NCBI GenBank assembly: GCA_045805065.1
Contig: JBJMMA010000217.1
Location: 1 to 36,434 of the forward strand
Origin: Bdellovibrionia bacterium
GTDB taxonomy: Bacteria > Bdellovibrionota > UBA1018
DNA length: 36,434 bases
Direction: 5' to 3'
Below, in pieces: positions 18,911 through 27,800 of the stretch (positions are counted from its first letter, which is position 1; every line of letters starts with the position of its first letter). The translations under genes and the position numbers were made by a program. The notes below the pieces were generated by a model. The model ran no database searches and was not told the DNA's origin. It was given only the letters and a program-made list of their open reading frames with translations.

Positions 18911-19579
18911 TCAGTCTTTAGCCCCGTTTAAAATCCAGGTTCGGATGACGTCGATTTGTTCGGGAGTCAGAGGATCCACTGCGGGTTTGCCGGGCTTTGC
19001 AATCGGAGGCATGCGGCCTTTGCCGGTTTTAGTGATGTCCTGATAGAGTTCGCTCTTTTCAGGATCATAAGGAACGACCCAGCCTTGCGCTCCTGTGACA
19101 ATCGATTGATCAAAAATATTGATGTCATCATGGGACTCGCCCGGACCATGGCATCTCAGGCAGCGTGTTTCGAGAATAGCAGCGCGGATGCTTTGAAAGG
19201 TAGGCGCAAGCGCTGGAACAGGCTCTGCGGCTTCTCCTTGATTGAGCGGCATGCCGGCATCAATCCAGGTTTTCAGAATTTTTGATTCAGATTTTGAGAG
19301 AGGACCGCTTGGCGGCAAGTCCTTGCGAACAAGCGCGCGATCCTGAATTTCAGAGATGCGTTTTCTGATGGCGTCGTAAGAATTGAACTCGTTAGCGTGG
19401 CAGCGAAGGCAACGGGAGCTGATCACGTTCTGCATGACCATTCGGTACGAAACAGTTTTGACCGAGACGAGTGCCGCTTCATCGCCTGAATCTTTCTCGT
19501 GATAGAACTGGCAGCTCACTCCAAGAAAAAGCAAAACAACGAGGCTGGCTAGATGATTCGACCGTATCAAGTTGACCAC
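18911..19579 (-). CDS. Dihaem c-type cytochrome lipoprotein (two small Planctomycete-type cytochrome domains)
   Basis: Lipobox GVSC; CLRCH at 19397-19411 and 19148-19162; each domain ends PP...L...(E/Q)...(L/I)..WI..G. Confidence 0.85.
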   Translation of the reverse strand: MVNLIRSNHLASLVVLLFLGVSCQFYHEKDSGDEAALVSVKTVSYRMVMQNVISSRCLRCHANEFNSYDAIRKRISEIQDRALVRKDLPPSGPLSKSESKILKTWIDAGMPLNQGEAAEPVPALAPTFQSIRAAILETRCLRCHGPGESHDDINIFDQSIVTGAQGWVVPYDPEKSELYQDITKTGKGRMPPIAKPGKPAVDPLTPEQIDVIRTWILNGAKD

Positions 19580-19604
19580 GGCGACTTTTTAATACAGACG
19601 GCTT

Positions 19605-19646
19605 AAAAAAACAAAGAAGGTCCGAACCTTTTTAGGTCCAGACCTT
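19605..19646 (-). terminator. Intrinsic terminator of the BPL_N-like gene
   Basis: Minus-strand 13-bp stem AAGGTCTGGACCT-AAAA-AGGTTCGGACCTT (two G-U pairs that form only on this strand) followed by CTTTGTTTTTTT. Confidence 0.85.
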
Positions 19647-19685
19647 CCTTTGCTCGAATCTGCTAAGTTTTCTTCAGTTTATGGA

Positions 19686-20570
19686 TTACATCGCAGCCAT
19701 GGGTTGCTGATGAAGTGCCGCATTAAGCAGGGTGTATGCGGTGTCTTGGTGCGTTCCATCCGTTGAACTCACGCCCAGAGCAGACAGGGTGGCTTGGTTT
19801 GCAGTCGGGTGAACTCCCGAAAGAATGACAAAGCCTTTACCTGACCAAAGTTCTGTAATTGCTGGATTACCATCAGGATACTTGGCAATCACGCCACCCG
19901 GGGTACTCGGGGTTACTGGGCCACCGTACCAAAGAATATCCTGAGTAGAACCATCGGCGAAGGACAGCAGGGTCATCGCGATGTCCGTGCCTTGATTTTC
20001 AAGATAGTAATAGTCAAGTTCTGGTCCGTTCACAATGCCCAGGCCATAGCTCACGTCTCCACCTGGAGCGGGGGCGGGGGCTTGCGCGATGAAGGATCCT
20101 GCACAGAATCCAATGTAGCTTACGCCACGGCTCTGAACGGCTTCGCGCAGATTGGCGTGCGTTTGGGAAGTCAGGCTGTCGGCTTCAGTGCCGCCGGATC
20201 CACCCGGAAAAATCAAAAGACCAAATTGGGAAATCTGATCGACGCTCATCGCATTGAGCTGAGATGAGGTAACGACCTGATAGCTCATGCCATGGGAGTC
20301 CATGATGCTTTCGAGATTGGCGACTTCAGTGCCCCAGGTTCCGCTTCCCGCGAAAAGCATTGCGTCTGTGCTCCACGTTCTGGACGGAGCTGAAGGGGTG
20401 GATGGCGCTGAAGGGCTTGATGGGGATGAAGGATCCTGAACAAGTCCCGTACCAGGGGAATTGGAGCCGCTGCTCGATACATCAGAGCTTGCGCTGTTTC
20501 CGTCGCAGGAACTCAGGGTAAACAAAGCTGCGACCACAGCAGCAGGGTAAGCGAAACGTAGTTTTTTCAT
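19686..20570 (-). CDS. Lipoprotein with stand-alone BPL_N-like (class I glutamine amidotransferase-like) domain
   Basis: Lipobox LSSC, Ser/Pro linker, LLIFPGG, YIGFCAGSF, GKG.VILSGVHP; AGGAG SD. Confidence 0.75.
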   Translation of the reverse strand: MKKLRFAYPAAVVAALFTLSSCDGNSASSDVSSSGSNSPGTGLVQDPSSPSSPSAPSTPSAPSRTWSTDAMLFAGSGTWGTEVANLESIMDSHGMSYQVVTSSQLNAMSVDQISQFGLLIFPGGSGGTEADSLTSQTHANLREAVQSRGVSYIGFCAGSFIAQAPAPAPGGDVSYGLGIVNGPELDYYYLENQGTDIAMTLLSFADGSTQDILWYGGPVTPSTPGGVIAKYPDGNPAITELWSGKGFVILSGVHPTANQATLSALGVSSTDGTHQDTAYTLLNAALHQQPMAAM

Positions 20571-20604
20571 TTTCTCTCCTCGTGTCTCTCGTGTTGAAGA
20601 GGCT

Positions 20605-20630
20605 TACGAGGCGGAGATCGAAAAAGTTTC
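20605..20630 (-). promoter_or_regulatory. Possible ECF-sigma promoter
   Basis: Minus strand GAAAC-17 nt-CGTA, 34 nt upstream of ATG 20570. Confidence 0.3.
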
Positions 20631-20700
20631 GCTCAATCATCAAATTTTTGACAGCGAGCGGGCCAGCCCAGAATGAGCGGCTCGCTTGAGACTTCGAGGA

Positions 20701-22002
20701 CTACTTTCCCTGAAAGTGTTTTTTGAAGCCTTGCCAGCACGATTGGTAATCGTCTTGAAGGAGTTCTTTTTCAAGCGCGTAGTCCGTCACAAGATACGGT
20801 GAGCGAGACTCGAACATGAACGCCAGCGTGTTCTCAATCTTGTGAGGCTTGAGATCCGCGTTGCTTGCGGCTTCAAAGGATCCACTGTCCGGGCCATGCG
20901 CGGAATAAAAATTATGCAAGCTTCCGCCACCAGGGATAAAGCCACCGCTGGTCTTTGCATCATAAACACCCTGGATCAGTCCCATGTACTCGCTCATGCA
21001 GTTGCGATGGAAGTAAGGCGGGCGGAACGTATGCTCAGCCACCATCCAGCGAGGAGGGAATATCACGAAGTCCACATTGGCCACGCCTGGCGTATCGCTT
21101 GCCGAGGTGAGAACCGTGAAAATGGATGGATCCGGATGATCAAAACTCACCGTGTTGATCGTGTTGAACTTTCTGAGGTCATATTTGAATGGAACGTAAT
21201 TGCCATGCCAGGCGACGACATCAAGCGGCGAGTGGTTAAGTTCAGCCGTCCAGAGGGCTCCTGCGAATTTTCCAACAAGTTCAAACTTGCCATCGAGATC
21301 TTCAAATGCCGCATGAGGCGTCAGGAAGTGGCGACGATGTGCAAGACCGTTTGCGCCGATCGGGCCAAGCTCAGGAAGCCTGAAAGGCGCACCAAAGTTT
21401 TCGCCGATATATCCGGTGCAAGTTCCCGAAGAGGCAGGATTGATCTGAAACTTCATGCCGCGAGGAATGAGCGCGATCTCGCTGGGCTCAACTGTAAAAA
21501 ACCCAAGCTCGGTTTTGACTTCAAGAGTCCCGGTCTGAGGAACGATCAGGAAATCTCCATCCGCGTTCATGAAGTAGCGCGAACCCATCGCTTGATTGAG
21601 GGAGTAAAGATGAACGTGAAGGCCACGGCCTTCAAGCGGGGAGCCTGTTCCGCAAACCGTGCGGATGCCTGAGACAAAGTCCGTCTTGCTTTTTGGTGCA
21701 GGAACTGGATTCCAGCGCATTTGATTTGGATTGATGTGCTTCGGAGTAAAGAATGTCTGAGAGGTCAGCTCCGCGAGTGGAGAAAACTTCCCATGCATGA
21801 CGGAGGGGCGGATCCGGTAAAGCCAGGAATAGAGATTGGCTGAACGTGGGGCCGTGAAAGCGGAGCCGCTGAGTTGTTCCGCATAAAGACCCAGTCCCGG
21901 CTTTTGAGGAGAGTTTTGCTCCATGGGGAGCGCGCCTGGGATCGCCTCAGAGGAGAAGTGATTTCCAAATCCAGTCAAACTTGAGCCAAGCTTATGATCC
22001 AT
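20701..22002 (-). CDS. hmgA: Homogentisate 1,2-dioxygenase
   Basis: [67 protein letters not shown]. Confidence 0.97.
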   Translation of the reverse strand: MDHKLGSSLTGFGNHFSSEAIPGALPMEQNSPQKPGLGLYAEQLSGSAFTAPRSANLYSWLYRIRPSVMHGKFSPLAELTSQTFFTPKHINPNQMRWNPVPAPKSKTDFVSGIRTVCGTGSPLEGRGLHVHLYSLNQAMGSRYFMNADGDFLIVPQTGTLEVKTELGFFTVEPSEIALIPRGMKFQINPASSGTCTGYIGENFGAPFRLPELGPIGANGLAHRRHFLTPHAAFEDLDGKFELVGKFAGALWTAELNHSPLDVVAWHGNYVPFKYDLRKFNTINTVSFDHPDPSIFTVLTSASDTPGVANVDFVIFPPRWMVAEHTFRPPYFHRNCMSEYMGLIQGVYDAKTSGGFIPGGGSLHNFYSAHGPDSGSFEAASNADLKPHKIENTLAFMFESRSPYLVTDYALEKELLQDDYQSCWQGFKKHFQGK

Positions 22003-22008
22003 AAAGGC

Positions 22009-22039
22009 AAGCTAAACAATAGCGGGCCGCGAAAGTCAA
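22009..22039 (-). promoter_or_regulatory. Putative sigma70 promoter of hmgA, leaderless
   Basis: Minus strand TTGACT-19 nt-TAGCTT-6 nt-ATG 22002; spacer is long, no SD. Confidence 0.5.
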
Positions 22040-22080
22040 TGAGTGGGTCTGGCAGAGGGGGTCTTCTTGCATGGCGCCCC

Positions 22081-22110
22081 TTGCAAGATAATCCAGATGT
22101 CGAGTAGTCT
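22081..22110 (+). promoter_or_regulatory. Putative sigma70 promoter of the AGE-family gene
   Basis: TTGCAA-18 nt-TAGTCT-7 nt-ATG 22118. Confidence 0.5.
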
Positions 22111-22117
22111 TAGGACC

Positions 22118-23329
22118 ATGCCGACGGCGCCCCCTGAGCTCCATAAAAAGACGCTGCATCAACGCTCGCAAGACTGGCTTGCGCAAGACGCCATTCCGCT
22201 CTGGCTTGCCCAGGGAGTTGATTGGGAGCGAGGTGGTTTTTTTGAAGCGCTGAGCCCTCGCGGAGAAGCGCTCGATGGCCCGAAGCGCTCCATGGTTCAA
22301 GCGCGGCAGATCTATAGTTTCAAAACGGCAAGTGAGCTTCAATGTCTGGAGAAGAGTGCCGCTCATCAGGCGATCTCTCATGGTCTGAAATTCATGCTCG
22401 AGTTCTGCTCGCTTCCCTCGGGTGCCTTTCTGCACGCAGTGGATCGCGACGGAAAGCCTCATCATACAACGCCTGATTTGTACGCCCAGGCCTTTGCCTT
22501 GTTTGGACTGGCTCAAGCCTTTTCTGTTGAATCTTCTTCGCCTCGGGCTCCTGCCTTGCGGGATCGCGCCAAGGCGCTGGTGGATTATCTTCAAAGAGAG
22601 CGCAAGGCCTCTGATGGAGGCTATTTTGAGCTCAAGGGCTCGGAGCGTTTTTATCAATCCAATCCGCAGATGCATCTTTTTGAGGCAGCTCTGGCCTGGA
22701 TGGAGGTGGACTCCGATCCCGTCTGGACAAAGCTTGCGGATGAGATGGCGTCGCTCTGCCTGGAGAAATTCATTGATCGCGACTCAGGGGTTTTGGGCGA
22801 GCATTTTGAGGCGGGCTGGACTCCGGTACGCGACCCGGTGGGCGAAAAGAACTGTTTTATGTTTGAGCCAGGGCATCAATATGAGTGGGCCTGGCTTTTG
22901 GGACGCTATCAAAAACACACGGGAAAAGATCTATCGGCCGCACGATTGAGACTTTTTGAACGAAGCGAGCGAAACGGGATTTGTCCTACTCGCAAGACTG
23001 CTTTTGATGAGCTCTGGAGTGATATGCGCTGCAAGACGGCGACGTCCCGCTTTTGGCCGCAGTGCGAGCGGATCAAAGCTGCGGTTCAGCTTGGGAGTGA
23101 AGCCTCTGAGTCCGAGCGCGAGGGATATTATCGCGCAGCGGACGAGGCATTGAGTGCGCTCTTTCGCTTTTTAGAAACGCCGAAGCGAGGGCTTTGGTTT
23201 GATCGCTGCTCCACGGATTTCGCTTTTATCGATCAACCAGCCAAAGCCAGCTCGCTGTACCACATTATCGGCGCAATGAACGAATACTTAGCTTACAGAC
23301 CTGCTCGCCAAGCATGCTCGGGTGACTGA
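22118..23329 (+). CDS. AGE-family epimerase/isomerase, probably type III mannose-6-phosphate isomerase
   Basis: VQARQIY, DLYAQAF.LF, NP.MHLFEA, EPGHQYEW.WLL, RFWPQ.ER.KA, SSLYHI; start uncertain (22043/22097/22118). Confidence 0.88.
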   Translation: MPTAPPELHKKTLHQRSQDWLAQDAIPLWLAQGVDWERGGFFEALSPRGEALDGPKRSMVQARQIYSFKTASELQCLEKSAAHQAISHGLKFMLEFCSLPSGAFLHAVDRDGKPHHTTPDLYAQAFALFGLAQAFSVESSSPRAPALRDRAKALVDYLQRERKASDGGYFELKGSERFYQSNPQMHLFEAALAWMEVDSDPVWTKLADEMASLCLEKFIDRDSGVLGEHFEAGWTPVRDPVGEKNCFMFEPGHQYEWAWLLGRYQKHTGKDLSAARLRLFERSERNGICPTRKTAFDELWSDMRCKTATSRFWPQCERIKAAVQLGSEASESEREGYYRAADEALSALFRFLETPKRGLWFDRCSTDFAFIDQPAKASSLYHIIGAMNEYLAYRPARQACSGD

Positions 23330-23515
23330 TTAAGGCAAGCTACGGCCACGTCCGCCGCCACCAGCGAGCGAAACAACGTAGCTGATCACTGCCAACGCCA
23401 AGAAAACAAAGAGCAAGATCTTGCCGATCGAGGCAGATTCGCCTGCGATTCCGCCGTAACCAAAGAATGCCGCAATCAGTGCAATGATGAAGAAGATGAT
23501 AGCTGCTCGTAGCAT
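23330..23515 (-). CDS. DUF1328 (UPF0391) small membrane protein
   Basis: [46 protein letters not shown] before ATG 23515. Confidence 0.92.
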   Translation of the reverse strand: MLRAAIIFFIIALIAAFFGYGGIAGESASIGKILLFVFLALAVISYVVSLAGGGGRGRSLP

Positions 23516-23544
23516 AGCGTGTGGGCTCCTTTGACGTGTCAAGA

Positions 23545-23560
23545 AGCAATTGACGGGCCA
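23545..23560 (-). promoter_or_regulatory. Sigma54 (-24/-12) promoter of DUF1328 gene
   Basis: Minus strand TGGCCCG-TCAA-TTGCT versus consensus TGGCACG-N4-TTGCW. Confidence 0.75.
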
Positions 23561-23578
23561 GCTGCTTCACCTCAAAGT
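23550..23578 (+). promoter_or_regulatory. Putative sigma70 promoter, leaderless
   Basis: TTGACG-17 nt-CAAAGT-6 nt-ATG 23585. Confidence 0.5.
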
Positions 23579-23584
23579 ATTGAG

Positions 23585-24013
23585 ATGCAGTGTAACAAAA
23601 TGCGTCTTGCGGCTCTGGTTCAGCAACTTGAGGGAAGAGGGTGTGTCATTCAGCACGATCATAACACCCGAAGTCAGGCATCCTCGGTTCTAGCCCTTGT
23701 TCCAGGCGTGGATCAATGGTGTCCGTTGCCTGAGGGCTCCATCGGTGCGGTTCTGCAGAGATTGTTCTGGAATCAGATCGAGTTTCGCTTGAATGAAAAA
23801 AGCGGAAAAATCAGCGCAAGCTGGAACTATACTTCGCTGAGCAGTCTTTTCATCCATGGCACCGTCTCGGTGATGGTCGCACTTTGTTCGCTGGGACGTG
23901 TTGGATTGATCGACGGGATCTTGATACTCACGGCCGCAAACTCAGTGCCGTTCATTGCCGCTTATCTTGAAACGCGGTCGATCCTGAAACTGGTTGGGAA
24001 GCTTGAAGAATAG
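23585..24013 (+). CDS. Hypothetical membrane protein
   Basis: ORF fills the gap between genes; two C-terminal hydrophobic segments; start uncertain. Confidence 0.6.
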   Translation: MQCNKMRLAALVQQLEGRGCVIQHDHNTRSQASSVLALVPGVDQWCPLPEGSIGAVLQRLFWNQIEFRLNEKSGKISASWNYTSLSSLFIHGTVSVMVALCSLGRVGLIDGILILTAANSVPFIAAYLETRSILKLVGKLEE

Positions 24014-24018
24014 AGAGG

Positions 24019-24050
24019 TGGACGAGAGATGTTTTATGATCTCTCGCCCA
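24019..24050. terminator. Hairpin between convergent genes
   Basis: CGAGAGAT(24023-30)/ATCTCTCG(24039-46), extendable by TGG/CCA; no long U tract. Confidence 0.45.
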
Positions 24051-24072
24051 GCCGGAAAATGAGCCGAGAGAT

Positions 24073-24549
24073 TCAGCGACGGCCACTGATCTTGGCGTAA
24101 GGGATCATCTCATACGGTGGTTCGAAGTGACAGACGTCATTGGATTCCATCACGCCGACCGAAACATTCAAGTGGTCCGCGCGGATGAATCCAGTTTCTG
24201 ATTCACCTTCGATTTTCAAATACGCTTTCAGTCCGTAACTGCAGGTGTACTGCCAGTCGTTCACAAGCAAAGCCTCGGCAGCGAAGAAGTAGCGATCTTC
24301 ATTGTGGCGAGAGAGGCGCGTGATTTTGATCGACTCAGGCATGCTTCCGTCGTGGCTTTCGATTTGGAGAACGTTTTGAAGTGCGGACTCATAAATTCCA
24401 TCCAGGCAAAGGATGCTTGGGACGGCTTTTGGCACGCGCTTTGTGGCCTGATAGCAAACCGTGATTGGGCTTGCGGAGGCAAAAAGCGGCATCGCGAGAA
24501 GAGATGCGACCATGAGTGCTAACTTTGCGGAAAGTTTAAAAGAGAACAT
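24073..24549 (-). CDS. Secreted hypothetical protein with four Cys
   Basis: Signal peptide ending LFA, AAGGAG SD. Confidence 0.8.
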   Translation of the reverse strand: MFSFKLSAKLALMVASLLAMPLFASASPITVCYQATKRVPKAVPSILCLDGIYESALQNVLQIESHDGSMPESIKITRLSRHNEDRYFFAAEALLVNDWQYTCSYGLKAYLKIEGESETGFIRADHLNVSVGVMESNDVCHFEPPYEMIPYAKISGRR

Positions 24550-24854
24550 GGGGGGCTCCTTTGTTTACAGTTTTTTCAAAGTCGCGCTGCTTCTAGCATG
24601 TGAGCCGTCAAAACAAAGACAAGATTCTGTTAAGGCGCTGAAATTGCGCTTTATAACTTATTACTTATTCGCAAGATCTCATGACCCAATCAGACGGCTC
24701 ATGCGGCAGAAGCGCTCATGGCTCGAGCGGGGAGTTTGAATACGATCGTTGGCAGACTGACCTCGCTGGTCCCGGGAAGAAAAAGCATCACAGCCAAAGC
24801 TTAATCTGACAGTTTTGCTTGCTCTTCGTGCTTCAATTAATGATGTTTGTTTAG

Positions 24855-27800
24855 ATGCAGTTCGAAAAACGTGGGCTCAGGCGCCTGAAACAAGTTTTTG
24901 TTCATCTCGCTCCACACAGCTCACGCAGAAACCCGGTTCTCCTTCAGCTGGCCGTCATTGGAGCGATTCTTGGACTTTTATTCGTGGCTTCTCGTTGGAG
25001 AATTGAGCGTCGTTCAAAAATTGAGATGCAGGTTTTGTCTATCGCCTCAGCGCGCTCAAGCGTGATTCAGTCCTGGATCAATGAGCGGGTGGCGGATTCT
25101 GAGGTACTCGCTCTGGATTTGAGTCAGCAGGCGGAAGAAGGTTGGCCCTCCTCAGCGCTCGAGTCGATGAAAAACCGCCTCGAGCTGATTCAGAAAGTTT
25201 ATAAATATGACGGGATCTATTTAATTGATCAAAACGCGAATCCGTTTTTTGCAAACAACTCCTCGACGGACCTGGATCAGTTTCCGATATCAAAAAACGA
25301 GATTCGCGCAACGCCGGCGCAGGGAGTGCATGCCTGGTTACACGAGGCAAAGAGAGTGCACGGAGATACCGAACTCGTCGCAAACTTCTCAACCAGGATC
25401 GGACATCACCGTGCCGGGCGCGATGTTTATCTGATGATGAGAATAATCTGCCCTACGGCTTCCTGGGCCGTCGGAGGGGTGTCATCCATAGCGCAAGTTC
25501 AAGGGCAGTTTACTTTGTCATTGAAGCAGGCATTTGGTCCGAAAGTGTTTTTGGGTCCTCCGGAGAGCAGTGCTCGGTTTGAGCGGGAAGTGAAGCTTCA
25601 AGGCGTTGATTGGTCGTTGGTTGTCGGAGTTCGGGAGAAGTACTGGAACGAGCTCATGGCTCAGGAGTTTCTGACTTATTTTGAAATCCTGACACTCGGT
25701 TTAGTGTCGATGGGACTTCTGATCAGAGAGTACTTCAAGCGGCGCGCGACGAGGGAGCATGCTGCAAGCGAATCCCGGATCCGGGAGGAGAAGAATCTCG
25801 CGCAAAAATATCTCGACGTTGTGGGTGTGATGCTGGTCGTGGTGGATGCCTCGCAGGAAGTCAGTCTGATCAACCGACGTGGGCTTGAGATTCTCAAGGC
25901 AAAGGACGAAAGCGACGTTCTAGGAAAAAACTGGTTTGAATCTTTCATTGATGAAGTAGATCGCGCCAAGATGAAGACGGCCTTCAGCCGGCTGTTGGGG
26001 AGCGATGAGGATTTCGATTCGAGAGAAATGGAAAACGAAGTAGTGACGCTGGATGGCGAGCGGCGCCTCATCTCATGGAGGAATACCGTGCTCCGGGATG
26101 CCATGGGCAAAGTGACCGGGGTGTTGAGTTCTGGTGAAGACATTACCGAAAAAAAACGGATCACAGATGAAATCCGGGAGACTCAGGCGAATCTGCTCAA
26201 GGCGCAGGAACTGGCCCACATCGGCGCCTGGACACGCAGTATTGACACTGATGAAGTCATCTGGAGCCCGCAGGTTTTCAAGATCTTTGGCCTAAAACCC
26301 GGTGAATTTCAGGTAACTCTCGAGAGTCTTCTTTCCCTGGTGCATCGGGAAGACCGGGAAAGAGTACAAGACGTGATCATCGAAAGCGGAAAAACCAGCA
26401 CCGACTTTTCGCTCGATTACCGAATACTGATGCCCGATGGCTCAATCCGCTGGGTCAGCTCCAAATGTCAGTTCGATCGGGACCCTACGGGAAGGCTCTA
26501 TCGACTTTTTGGGATCATTCAGGACATTACGGATCGAAAAGAGCTTGAAGAGAATCTTCGCGCCGCCACCGAAAGCGCAAAAACTGCGACGCAGGCTAAG
26601 TCCGAGTTTTTAGCGAATATCAGCCATGAAGTGAGAACTCCGCTCAATGCTGTCATTGGCCTGAGTTACCTTCTGACGCAGACGGAGCTTACCTCGGAGC
26701 AGCGCTCCTATCTTGATAAGATTTCTTTCTCAGCCAAGCTCTTGCTTGGGATCATCAGCGATGTGCTCGATTTCTCGAGAATTGAAGCTCGAAAACTTGA
26801 ACTGGTCGAAGAAGAGTTTGACGTATTGGAGCTTGAAGGGGCACTGTCGAGTCTCCTTTCGGACCAGGTGAAGAGAAAGGGGCTTCGGTTCATCTTTGAG
26901 CGGATGCCTGACGTCCCATGCATTCTTTATGGGGACCGCTTGAGGCTCATTCAGGTTTTGATCAATCTTTGTTCCAATGCGATCAAGTTTACTGACAAAG
27001 GTAAGATCAGTGTTCAAGTTAAGAATCTTGGGCGCCTGCCGGATGGAAAATATCAGTTGCAGTTTTCGGTCCGTGACACCGGGATTGGAATCGCCAAGGA
27101 GCACGTTGCGAAACTTTTTCAGTCGTTCAGTCAGGTCGAAGGTGCTGCTCACAGGAGATTCGGTGGAGCTGGGCTAGGGCTTGCCATCAGCAAACAGATT
27201 GTGGAACTCATGGAAGGGCAGATCTCAGTTGAGAGCGTTTACCGCCAGGGAAGCTGTTTCTCATTTACTTTGCCGCTCGTAGCGTTTTCAAAGGCGCGAG
27301 AGCATCAGAGGGACGCGTTTTCCATTGAAGATAAAACAACTGATCAAGGTATGTCCCACACCGAATATAAAATTCTTCTTGTAGAGGATAACGAGATCAA
27401 CCAGATGGTCGTGAAGGACATCCTCGAGGGCCATAGGTACAAGGTGGTACTTGCTGAGAGCGGTTTGCAGGCCATTCAACTCATCATTCAACTCATCAAG
27501 GAAGAGGGAGATCAATTTGACCTGATTCTCATGGATGTTCAGATGCCGAAGATAGATGGTTATGAGGCTTCCAGGCGGATTCGAAAGTACTTAGAGGAAC
27601 AGTCGGTAGAGCCGGTGCCCATTGTTGCTTTGACCGCCTATGCGCTGAGCGCCGAAAGGGAAAAATTCGTCCAGGCGGGCATGTCCGCATTTCTCACCAA
27701 GCCCATCGATCCAGTAGAACTCTTGAAGGTCATTTCAAAGTTTCTTTCCGGCCGGAGAAAGAGTCGCGCTTCTTCCATGATTCTGAATGTCGAGCAGGCT

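Noticed and set aside
20653..20686. AGCGAGC/GCTCGCT inverted repeat after hmgA as terminator
   Set aside because: 7-bp stem with a 20-nt loop and no adjacent U tract; insufficient support
20842..21672. 276-aa plus-strand ORF
   Set aside because: Antisense shadow of hmgA
21992..22675. 227-aa minus-strand ORF
   Set aside because: Antisense to the AGE-family gene; Arg-rich and without motifs
24550..24854. 305-nt intergenic region as a riboswitch, sRNA or 92-aa ORF (24461-24739)
   Set aside because: No riboswitch consensus recognised, only short CTCATG repeats; the ORF overlaps a divergent gene start. An Rfam scan would be decisive
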